This document shows, piece after piece, positions 56,665 to 64,000 of a stretch of 64,000 bases of DNA. Numbering within the stretch: position 1 is the first letter of the stretch; each line of letters opens with the position of its first letter. The notes beneath the pieces are model-generated. The model saw only the letters and a program-made list of their open reading frames with translations, had not been told where the DNA came from and ran no database searches. The translations under genes and the position numbers were made by a program. Source of the stretch: a virus (Duplodnaviria; Caudoviricetes); IMG/VR virus record IMGVR_UViG_3300028804_000001, positions 1 to 64,000 of that record. One strand, written 5' to 3'.

Positions 56665-57556
56665 AGATTTTCTCCCAGATCTGCTGCAAAATCTCTCTGG
56701 ATTGAAGTAGATCTTGTAATGTATATCTCTCGTTGTCTAAACCAGGCACCTTAAAAAGTGCACCAGTTCTAACAATATGACCTTTAGCTATAGCAAGGTC
56801 AAGTAGATAAAGCTCATTAGAAAGGGATCCGTTGGTGTTATAGCAGAGGGTAAAGCCGATGTCTCCGCCTCTTCCTCTGGATTCATAGGTAACTCTCTTA
56901 CCGCCAAAGTAAGATTTGATCTCTACAACTTGAAGAATAACTGATGAAATTGAATGAATAAAATCAGTAAGAGTGGGCTCACTCTGCTTAGTATATAAAC
57001 TAGCTCTGGTTTGATTACTGAAAATGATACTCATGTTAGGCATATCTGAGATTAGCCTAATGCATGTTCTCATGAATGATTCATATCTTACTAATGCTGG
57101 CAAGCTGTCGATAAATACATTATCTGCTGCTTCGTATGATACGAGATCTTTAATGATCTCATTAGCTCTTGGAGATCCTTTAACAAATACAATATCCTCA
57201 TTAAGGATCCATGGGATATCTTTATTATCTGCATTAACATACACCGAATCTCCTTCAAGTGCACATGCAAGATAAACTAATAGGGATGTTTTATAAGAGT
57301 CAGGTGGACCATAAATTTGAATGATCCCCGGAGGAAGTCCTCCGAAGATCATATCAATAGCAAGAATTCCTGAGTTCTTTTGAGTAACTCCGGATCTTAC
57401 TTCCTGTTCTCTTTCATCAGCATCAATAAGCATATACTGTTTCATCTCACGAAACAGTTCTCTAACAGATTCTAGCTCGTAGTTATGGCTTTCTGAAAAC
57501 TTTTTACAGAATGCTTCATCCCTCTGAGTCAGGGATCTTCTGCGACGAGCTAGCAT
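56594..57556 (-). CDS. Divergent RecA-like ATPase (second copy)
   Basis: SGILAIDMIFGGLPPGIIQIYGPPDSYKT, YVNAD, FIDSLPAL, IFSNQTR, and a RecA-like C-terminus LLDLAIAKGHIVRTGALF. Confidence 0.75.
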   Translation of the reverse strand: MLARRRRSLTQRDEAFCKKFSESHNYELESVRELFREMKQYMLIDADEREQEVRSGVTQKNSGILAIDMIFGGLPPGIIQIYGPPDSYKTSLLVYLACALEGDSVYVNADNKDIPWILNEDIVFVKGSPRANEIIKDLVSYEAADNVFIDSLPALVRYESFMRTCIRLISDMPNMSIIFSNQTRASLYTKQSEPTLTDFIHSISSVILQVVEIKSYFGGKRVTYESRGRGGDIGFTLCYNTNGSLSNELYLLDLAIAKGHIVRTGALFKVPGLDNERYTLQDLLQSREILQQIWEKIFEGYVFQSNSERYLGRQLTSVAS

Positions 57557-57929
57557 GATCTTCTCCTAAACGATGCTCCATCCAATCTATTGCTAGATGG
57601 ATAGAACCTCTTACTGATGTTAATACCAGCTGTTGAATTCTAGTATGAAGTGTTTGGCAGATCTTATCTGCGTCTATGACTAATGGTGCAATTTCTGAAA
57701 GAATCTGGTCAGTTACTATACCACATTCATCACAAAGTTTCATGAGGGAGGAAGACCCAATTAAATAATTGAGATCTTCCTGCACCTCATGAAAGCCAGA
57801 TCCTATATTATCTAATATAAGACGCTTCGTGCCTCTTAATTTTGAAGGGTATAGGATACCTTCACTGTTTGTTACGTCCGAGTTCATTGAACACCGGCCG
57901 CTCTTGTTTCCCACTTCCGTGTTCCCCAA
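57516..57929 (-). CDS. Hypothetical protein
   Basis: Co-oriented ORF; start uncertain. Confidence 0.45.
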   Translation of the reverse strand: MGNTEVGNKSGRCSMNSDVTNSEGILYPSKLRGTKRLILDNIGSGFHEVQEDLNYLIGSSSLMKLCDECGIVTDQILSEIAPLVIDADKICQTLHTRIQQLVLTSVRGSIHLAIDWMEHRLGEDHASSSQKIPDSEG

Positions 57930-58074
57930 GATATTCTACGTTCTCACCACCGAGGTCTCTTGCGAGACCAACAGTCTGAGCTTGGCACGTAGCATCATCG
58001 AAACCGTCAGTCTTCATCTCAACCGCGGTTGGCTTTTTGAAGTCCACACTAAGAATGACTGTTTTTTCGCTCAT
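57862..58074 (-). CDS. DUF2997-like small protein
   Basis: VEMKTDGFDDATCQAQTVGLARDLG matches the GF.G..C...T..L...LG pattern; adjacent to DUF1257-like and AAA genes. Confidence 0.7.
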   Translation of the reverse strand: MSEKTVILSVDFKKPTAVEMKTDGFDDATCQAQTVGLARDLGGENVEYLGEHGSGKQERPVFNELGRNKQ

Positions 58075-58454
58075 TAGTGTCCTCCCATACGAAGTTCGAT
58101 ACCAGATTTAGTAACCGTACGGTCAATAACCTGATATCCACGTTCAAGGAGCTGAACTTCAGCTTCTACCATGTTGTAAGATCCAATGACTGCATTGAGA
58201 AAACTCTCAGCAGTATTGAAACTCAACCCGGTTGTTCCAGAAACCTGAACATCGTCATAAGTACGATGCTGGTATTCTGCTGACTTCCCAGTAAATGTAA
58301 AATCACCAACAACACTGTTATTGGCATCCTTTACAGTATACTTTTTGCCATCTGCAGATTTCTCGGATTTAAATCCGATATCTTCGATGGCACGCTTGAG
58401 AAAGTCACCTTCAGTCATGCTGACTGTCCGGTTATAGCGTGCGTAGCTGCTCAT
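58074..58454 (-). CDS. DUF1257 (Ycf35)-like protein
   Basis: MSSYARY...FLKRAIEDIGF...Y......L..RGYQV......GIELRM; GGAGG SD. Confidence 0.65.
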   Translation of the reverse strand: MSSYARYNRTVSMTEGDFLKRAIEDIGFKSEKSADGKKYTVKDANNSVVGDFTFTGKSAEYQHRTYDDVQVSGTTGLSFNTAESFLNAVIGSYNMVEAEVQLLERGYQVIDRTVTKSGIELRMGGH

Positions 58455-58488
58455 ATTACCTCCTATAAGCTATTACTATCTTTCTATG

Positions 58489-60483
58489 TTAAGACCAATT
58501 GTCGATATCATTCCCGGCATCCATATCTTTTTTTCTACCGAGAATCTTTTCGAATTCCTGCTTAAGGTGCTTATCTTTGATAGATGCTGCCTTATCTCGC
58601 AGGTTTTCTACTACCGCAGTTCGGTGCTTAACATATCCTTCTGATCTAGAAGAAGCCGGCTCATAGAGCTTAAGACCATTCTCTCTAACTTCTTCAATTT
58701 TCTCTTTGTGTTTCTCGTAATTAGGCTGAACGTCGATAAATCCCTCTACAATATCGGAGAGAGTGGGATCTTCACCTGTAAGGATTGCCTTATCAGATAC
58801 ATATCTAAAGATCTCGCGGACATCTGCTCCATTATAGGGGCATCTACCAAGCAACATTTCTGCTAATTTATCACATTCATCCTTACTTAGTTTGAGCCTA
58901 TCTCCTAGCTCATTTTGAGCATGGATATTGATAATGTTTGCAAGTTCTTCCTGAGATGGAAAATCAACAAACATAATAGAATCTACCCTGCCAGTTCTGG
59001 TAAGTTCTGCTGGAAGATTCTTAATATTATTTGCGGTCATAATAATGAAAAGATTACTCTTATTTCCTTCCAGGAAATGGAGAACCTTTTCCATTACTCT
59101 TAATAATACACCGCCGTCAGTTGCATGAGAACTAACAACACCACCGAAGATCTTTTCTACTTCATCAATCAGTAGAACGATATCTCCAAGGTTTTCAAGA
59201 AGTGCCAGTTCAGTGTCCATATTCTGTTCACTGGAACCCTGAAGCCCACTCAATACTCTCGAGATATCAAATCTATAAAGATCTCGGCCGAGTCTCTTTG
59301 CAGTATACATGGCTGACATGGTTTTACCAGCACCTTGAACTCCAACTAGGAGAATTGATCTTCCTCTCTTTGTGGATCCTGCATTCTCGGCATACTTAAT
59401 ATACGTTTCTACTTTTCTCTTGAATAGATCCATCCCACCAAGATCGGGAAACTTATCCAGAGAGATGTGAGAGATAGATCTAGATCTTGTAGAAATAGAT
59501 CTATAATACTCACTGATCAGTTCAGAGGGCTCTTTCCCATCTTCAAGCATAGAACGAATATAGAAACTATTTGCCTCAGGAAGAGTTGGAGTATAGATCT
59601 TAGCAACAGATTCTACTGGATGTGTTACTCCAGAGGCTGTTGTTTCGGAGAAGGAATATACAACTTCCAGCATCTGTTTGGATACAGGATGATTCCAGAT
59701 TCTAATCTTCTGAGACAAAGATGATGGTATCTGAGTATAAGCTGGATCCAGGAAGAAGTTGATAATCAGCTCATGTTTACTTAGTGCTTTCCCTTTATGA
59801 ATAGATCTATCATCGCCCACGGTTCGGAGAGAATGTAGATAATTAAATCTATCCATTACCGGATGCATAGTATCTAGAGACGGCTCTAGAAAATGACCAG
59901 AAAAGATATTAATAATCACATAGGATCCAGGAAATTCCTTACGGATATCTGCATTTGTCATACATCCATAACCAAGGAGTTGTTCATAGATAGCTCCATA
60001 GTTAGATCTCCAAGAAGATGTTCTTTCATTATATCCGGGTAGAAAAGTCTTGTTGTTGGTCGGACTTGTCAGATTGCTGATTGTATGATCAATGAGCAAG
60101 CCAGCTGCTGCACTTACGGCATCATTCTGACTCAGTCCCATACGATCAGATTCTTTCTGCATAGCGTCGAGGAAATCTTTCCGGCCAATTCCAGCCTCGG
60201 ACAGATCCATAGTTACCATTCGAAGATGCTCGATATAGTTAACCAGAATATCCGGGGATTTCTCTTTTTCTTGATAGATATACTCATAGATATGGCGTGC
60301 CACATCGTAGATAAATGACATAGTGTCACGGCTTCTAACTACAGTGGCAAGATAACCGCCTGTAAACTCTTCAAGGAAAGTGAATGGAACCTCCCCATTT
60401 ACTGTGCGTTCTACAGCACGAGATTTAGATTTAACTTTCTCCTGTGCTTCAATCTTTGTATTAACTGGAACCTTAACCGCCAT
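58489..60483 (-). CDS. Ycf46-like AAA+ ATPase
   Basis: DLGGMDLFK, LLVGVQGAGKT, GSSEQNM, LLIDEVEK, TDGG, TANNIKNLPAELTRTGRVD, YNGAD. Start set at ATG 60483 (GAGG SD). Confidence 0.85.
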   Translation of the reverse strand: MAVKVPVNTKIEAQEKVKSKSRAVERTVNGEVPFTFLEEFTGGYLATVVRSRDTMSFIYDVARHIYEYIYQEKEKSPDILVNYIEHLRMVTMDLSEAGIGRKDFLDAMQKESDRMGLSQNDAVSAAAGLLIDHTISNLTSPTNNKTFLPGYNERTSSWRSNYGAIYEQLLGYGCMTNADIRKEFPGSYVIINIFSGHFLEPSLDTMHPVMDRFNYLHSLRTVGDDRSIHKGKALSKHELIINFFLDPAYTQIPSSLSQKIRIWNHPVSKQMLEVVYSFSETTASGVTHPVESVAKIYTPTLPEANSFYIRSMLEDGKEPSELISEYYRSISTRSRSISHISLDKFPDLGGMDLFKRKVETYIKYAENAGSTKRGRSILLVGVQGAGKTMSAMYTAKRLGRDLYRFDISRVLSGLQGSSEQNMDTELALLENLGDIVLLIDEVEKIFGGVVSSHATDGGVLLRVMEKVLHFLEGNKSNLFIIMTANNIKNLPAELTRTGRVDSIMFVDFPSQEELANIINIHAQNELGDRLKLSKDECDKLAEMLLGRCPYNGADVREIFRYVSDKAILTGEDPTLSDIVEGFIDVQPNYEKHKEKIEEVRENGLKLYEPASSRSEGYVKHRTAVVENLRDKAASIKDKHLKQEFEKILGRKKDMDAGNDIDNWS

Positions 60484-61318
60484 AAAGTTTTTCCTCAATG
60501 TTCTTCTTTGTGTAGTAATTCCAACCTCTAGGAGTTTCACTGGAATTGCCAATCATAACCTGACATGAATTTGTTGGATATGTACAAGGAAATACTTCAT
60601 CCTTTCCAACAATGGTAAATACTGGTGAGTATTTATGATTACCCTCTTGATTTTTAGTACAATCAAATTGATCAACGGCTTTAAAAAAGCACATGTCGAT
60701 ATAAACAAGAGAGTTACCATACTTCTTTCTAAGATCAGAAAGGAAGCTTAAAACATCAGGATTAAATGTAGCCGGCTTTGAAAACATGAAGCTGGTTTTC
60801 ACCTTATCTTCGAGCATCAGATTAGAAAGATCCTTCCAGATTACTGGATGGTCTAATCCATGTACAAAGGTATATACAATGTTTGTAATACCAGATGAAT
60901 TATCTGGCTTAATCAGATTTCTTTCCTGTAGATCTTCTCTATTCCTAATTGAAAGAGACAATGTCTTATCTTTGAGATGCTGAAAGTATGGCATCAAAGA
61001 TACAGAGAGAATCTCCTTACGGAATCTTCGATATGTTTGAACATCAGTAATAAACGTAAGAGAAGTTGGTTTCTTATGTCTATTGCTTTCTTGAAGCTGC
61101 CGCATCCAGGAAGAGAATCCCTGAAATTGCTTCATGGTTTGTTCACTATCCATAGCATTAAGATAGAAGGTGATATTAGAATCACTTCCATCTTCGATAG
61201 TGATATTCTTACGAGTTTCCTGGTTAGGAATTTCTCGTTCCCATTCTTTTAGGTAACAACCAGGGCAATTAAGTTCACAGCTACGTGTTTGAACATAGCG
61301 AAGATCTATATTGTTCAT
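60473..61318 (-). CDS. Divergent radical SAM-like protein
   Basis: TRSCELNCPGCY (CX3CX2C) near the N-terminus; further C-terminal Cys (DMC, DC, VFPCTY, SC). Confidence 0.6.
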   Translation of the reverse strand: MNNIDLRYVQTRSCELNCPGCYLKEWEREIPNQETRKNITIEDGSDSNITFYLNAMDSEQTMKQFQGFSSWMRQLQESNRHKKPTSLTFITDVQTYRRFRKEILSVSLMPYFQHLKDKTLSLSIRNREDLQERNLIKPDNSSGITNIVYTFVHGLDHPVIWKDLSNLMLEDKVKTSFMFSKPATFNPDVLSFLSDLRKKYGNSLVYIDMCFFKAVDQFDCTKNQEGNHKYSPVFTIVGKDEVFPCTYPTNSCQVMIGNSSETPRGWNYYTKKNIEEKLYGG

Positions 61319-61322
61319 TCAA

Positions 61323-61571
61323 CTACGCCTTTTTAGTATTTCCTCCGAAGATAGACTTCGAGAAGATTGATCTAAGTAATCCACCACGTTCTTGTTTAAT
61401 CTCAGATGGAATAGTAGAAGTTCCAGGAGGTGGAACTAAAGGAATCTCTCTTTGAGTCTGAGTCATCATTTCATTTACAATATCTTGCTGACTCTTACCT
61501 GTCTTTTTAGATAATTTCTTAACTACACTACGAAACTGTCGTTCCATTTTCCGGCGTTCTTTGCGTCCCAT
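61323..61571 (-). CDS. Hypothetical protein
   Basis: GAGG SD; basic N-terminus MGRKERRK. Confidence 0.55.
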   Translation of the reverse strand: MGRKERRKMERQFRSVVKKLSKKTGKSQQDIVNEMMTQTQREIPLVPPPGTSTIPSEIKQERGGLLRSIFSKSIFGGNTKKA

Positions 61572-61719
61572 GAGTAGTAACCTCTTCTACTGATATTGAT
61601 TGTGATGGTGGGATTAAATCTTTTTGATCTAAAAAGATTTGAACTGCTTCTTGTTCAGAGTCTGCATGTATTGCTTCTTCCAATACCTGAATTACTCTCC
61701 ATACTCGGCGGTTCATCAT
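61528..61719 (-). CDS. Hypothetical protein
   Basis: IHADSEQEAV motif common in small phage proteins. Confidence 0.5.
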   Translation of the reverse strand: MMNRRVWRVIQVLEEAIHADSEQEAVQIFLDQKDLIPPSQSISVEEVTTHGTQRTPENGTTVS

Positions 61720-62144
61720 CGCACCGTGCTTATTCTTTCTTTCATACCAGGGACATGGAGAAAAGCCTTTTTTATCTCAAGATCTTTATTAGCAATATCG
61801 AAGATTGAAGGCCGATTTTGAGTGGTTCTACCCTTAATACCTTTAAATACCTTCTGAACTTCCTCTGTGCTTGAGGTAATCCATGGTACCCACTCTTCAC
61901 AGGAATGTTGCCTGTTAGGAAAACCTAATGCCCAACGGCTTCCATATCTTTCAGATCTGGCTGCCTGCTGATCAGGTTCGGATTTAAGGGATATAACCCA
62001 AACATCATAGCCTCCGAGGCTTCTTTTCTTAAGCCAGCTTCGGACGGAAGATAAAAAATATCCTATCAAAATAGATAGAAGAATAGTGCAAAAATAACCG
62101 AATATTGTTACATCGACCAGACGATAGAGGATATCAAATCGCAT
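61716..62144 (-). CDS. Hypothetical membrane-anchored protein
   Basis: GAGGT SD; N-terminal TM segment IFGYFCTILLSILIGYFL. Confidence 0.55.
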   Translation of the reverse strand: MRFDILYRLVDVTIFGYFCTILLSILIGYFLSSVRSWLKKRSLGGYDVWVISLKSEPDQQAARSERYGSRWALGFPNRQHSCEEWVPWITSSTEEVQKVFKGIKGRTTQNRPSIFDIANKDLEIKKAFLHVPGMKERISTVR

Positions 62145-62175
62145 ATATTACCTCAAGGTCTTGATTTATAGTAAG

Positions 62176-62454
62176 TCAGATTTTACGTTCTAAAGAATGA
62201 AGCTCATAATCAGAATTTTCCCATGGGATATCTGAATTACGATCGTAGATAAAAACCTTGTTTTTAGGTTCCTTACTTGAATTCCTTAGAGAGATTCTAA
62301 CTTTCTCACGAATCTGAAGATTCTGAGGGATATATTCTGCTGCAGATTCTTTATCTGGAAATACTACTACAACTCTTTCAAGCTTTGTATTAATCCTTAA
62401 ACGAAATCCAGAGGAATCCTTTCCCATGTCTATTAGCTTTCCAACTCTTATCAT
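62176..62454 (-). CDS. Hypothetical protein
   Basis: GGAG SD; co-oriented. Confidence 0.5.
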   Translation of the reverse strand: MIRVGKLIDMGKDSSGFRLRINTKLERVVVVFPDKESAAEYIPQNLQIREKVRISLRNSSKEPKNKVFIYDRNSDIPWENSDYELHSLERKI

Positions 62455-62455
62455 A

Positions 62456-62725
62456 TTACATCTCCGATAGTATGAATTTTAGTATATCCATTCCTCTTAT
62501 TAACAGAGTTATAAGCAACGAAATTCCTAAAAATAAAATAAGCCGTTTCATAGGCTTATGTGGGCATGCGATACGTGTACAATCTTCTGCTAATCTTGGA
62601 TCTCTAATACACATTCCACATGCAGTAAAGTTATGCTTCAGATATTTGCGAAGGCTTCCTTCCTTCTTTTTTAGTGAAACGGTCAATTGCTTTCTCTGTT
62701 TTTCCGTGATAGTAAGATTTTGCAT
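62456..62725 (-). CDS. Hypothetical protein with Cys cluster and C-terminal TM segment
   Basis: GGAGG SD; CGMC...C...C; LILFLGISLLITLLI. Confidence 0.5.
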   Translation of the reverse strand: MQNLTITEKQRKQLTVSLKKKEGSLRKYLKHNFTACGMCIRDPRLAEDCTRIACPHKPMKRLILFLGISLLITLLIRGMDILKFILSEM

Positions 62726-63980
62726 CTTTGATAAATCCTCCTATATCAAATGGTAGAATTCTATCTGCTTCTTCACATTTATTTACCCACCAGAATAAAA
62801 ATGAACAAGAATCTAATCTAGGTCTATAATAACTAAGGCGTCGTATTTTAAATAGATGATAATCAGGAACTCTTCTAGAGTGATATGAAATCTGTTTAAT
62901 AAGTTTCCTTACTGATCGTACAGGTATAAGTCTTTCAAATCTACCAGTTTCCTTACAGAATGAGTTAGTTGCTATTAGATTTACCTTGTCTATATATACT
63001 CTCTCTTTCTCTATAGTCTCTTTAGACTGGTGAAAGTATTTTAACTTGATTGGTTGAATATCATAACTAAGCGCATCTTGTTCTATTCCACTAATATCTT
63101 CCTTCCAGTATTTCTCGAAATATAATACATCTCTAATTTCGCCCAAGAGTTGGTGAACCTCTGAATAGCATTTTTGATATGCTCCATGAATTGTTAAATT
63201 CTTACTTAATCCTAATCTAGTAATATTAACTTCTTCATACTTCTTAGACTTTCTATTATATCTAAATCCTAGATCTCTAATGTATCTCTGTCTTATACTT
63301 CTAGCTTTCTTAGGATTATACTTAATAAGCCCGGTATAATATTCTTGATAAATTGGTGGTCCATCTACACCAGAGAAACGAACGTATCTACTATCATTTT
63401 CATGAATTATTCTATGAACATTTGCATTCTTAGTTAGGGTTCTTGGCACTATTACAGAATTAACAGTTCCAAGTTTTTTTACTATATCTGATATTTCATC
63501 AAGATGGGATTTATTTAACATAAATCTATCATCGGATAAAGAATTAGCAGAAACTATATATGGGATATTTTCTCTCTTGTAGATAGGAGTAGTTGTACCA
63601 TCATAGTCTTTACATAAATGTTCGTAGTTTGGACTTATTCTTTCTCTAATATGATATGATATGCCAAACCGATATGATATAGTAGGATGCTGAGTTAGAT
63701 ATTTGGCTATTTGATTAAAATTATCAAATGGGAGAATATAATCAGAGAGCCTGTTAAAATCACTTATATTCTCTATAGGAAGAACATAACCCGCTCTTAA
63801 CCAATTTGATATTTCAGAATTTAACTGTGAGTAGTATGTAATAATTATTTGAGCAAATTTATCAAATTCCTCGCCGTCTGGGACAAATATGGCACCCTGA
63901 ACCTTTATCTTACTTAATTCTATTTCATATTCTGTCGGAGGGTCTATTTCTGATGTAGGCATCCGGCGTTGTGTGGTCAT
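62631..63980 (-). CDS. Hypothetical protein (449 aa)
   Basis: Long ORF with GGAG SD; no family recognised. Confidence 0.6.
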   Translation of the reverse strand: MTTQRRMPTSEIDPPTEYEIELSKIKVQGAIFVPDGEEFDKFAQIIITYYSQLNSEISNWLRAGYVLPIENISDFNRLSDYILPFDNFNQIAKYLTQHPTISYRFGISYHIRERISPNYEHLCKDYDGTTTPIYKRENIPYIVSANSLSDDRFMLNKSHLDEISDIVKKLGTVNSVIVPRTLTKNANVHRIIHENDSRYVRFSGVDGPPIYQEYYTGLIKYNPKKARSIRQRYIRDLGFRYNRKSKKYEEVNITRLGLSKNLTIHGAYQKCYSEVHQLLGEIRDVLYFEKYWKEDISGIEQDALSYDIQPIKLKYFHQSKETIEKERVYIDKVNLIATNSFCKETGRFERLIPVRSVRKLIKQISYHSRRVPDYHLFKIRRLSYYRPRLDSCSFLFWWVNKCEEADRILPFDIGGFIKDAKSYYHGKTEKAIDRFTKKEGRKPSQISEA

Positions 63981-64000
63981 GATATTTAGCTCTCCGAACT

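Overview
A 64-kb, gene-dense, AT-rich segment (roughly 37% GC by eye) of a large tailed dsDNA phage, read in the standard genetic code, with most genes on the minus strand. Left to right it holds: (1) a head/packaging module (prohead protease truncated at the window edge, portal, a 930-aa unknown, terminase large subunit, and basic Gly/Ala-rich proteins, two of which share a C-terminal motif); (2) nucleotide-metabolism and accessory genes (dNMP kinase, PyrE, ThyX, HD hydrolase, a stop-interrupted MBL hydrolase, three glycosyltransferases, primase-helicase, RuvC, HNH); (3) a radical SAM / Cys-rich / SufS-like / possibly SufB-like block next to tRNA-Pro(TGG); (4) a divergent pair, an Lsa36-like surface protein and an SGNH lipoprotein, which points to a Leptospiraceae host; (5) a replication/repair operon (UDG4, RecA, DnaX-like, UvrD, beta-clamp-like, PolB, Cas4-like nuclease, ClpA/C-like ATPase, Hjc-like); (6) second, degenerate RecA and UDG copies, a Ycf46-AAA/DUF1257/DUF2997 triad and a second radical-SAM-like gene. 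I saw no CRISPR array, integrase, transposase or rRNA. Palindromes such as GCCGGC, AGCCGGCT and GGATCC look strongly enriched rather than avoided. All family calls come from motif recognition by eye; no database search was run.
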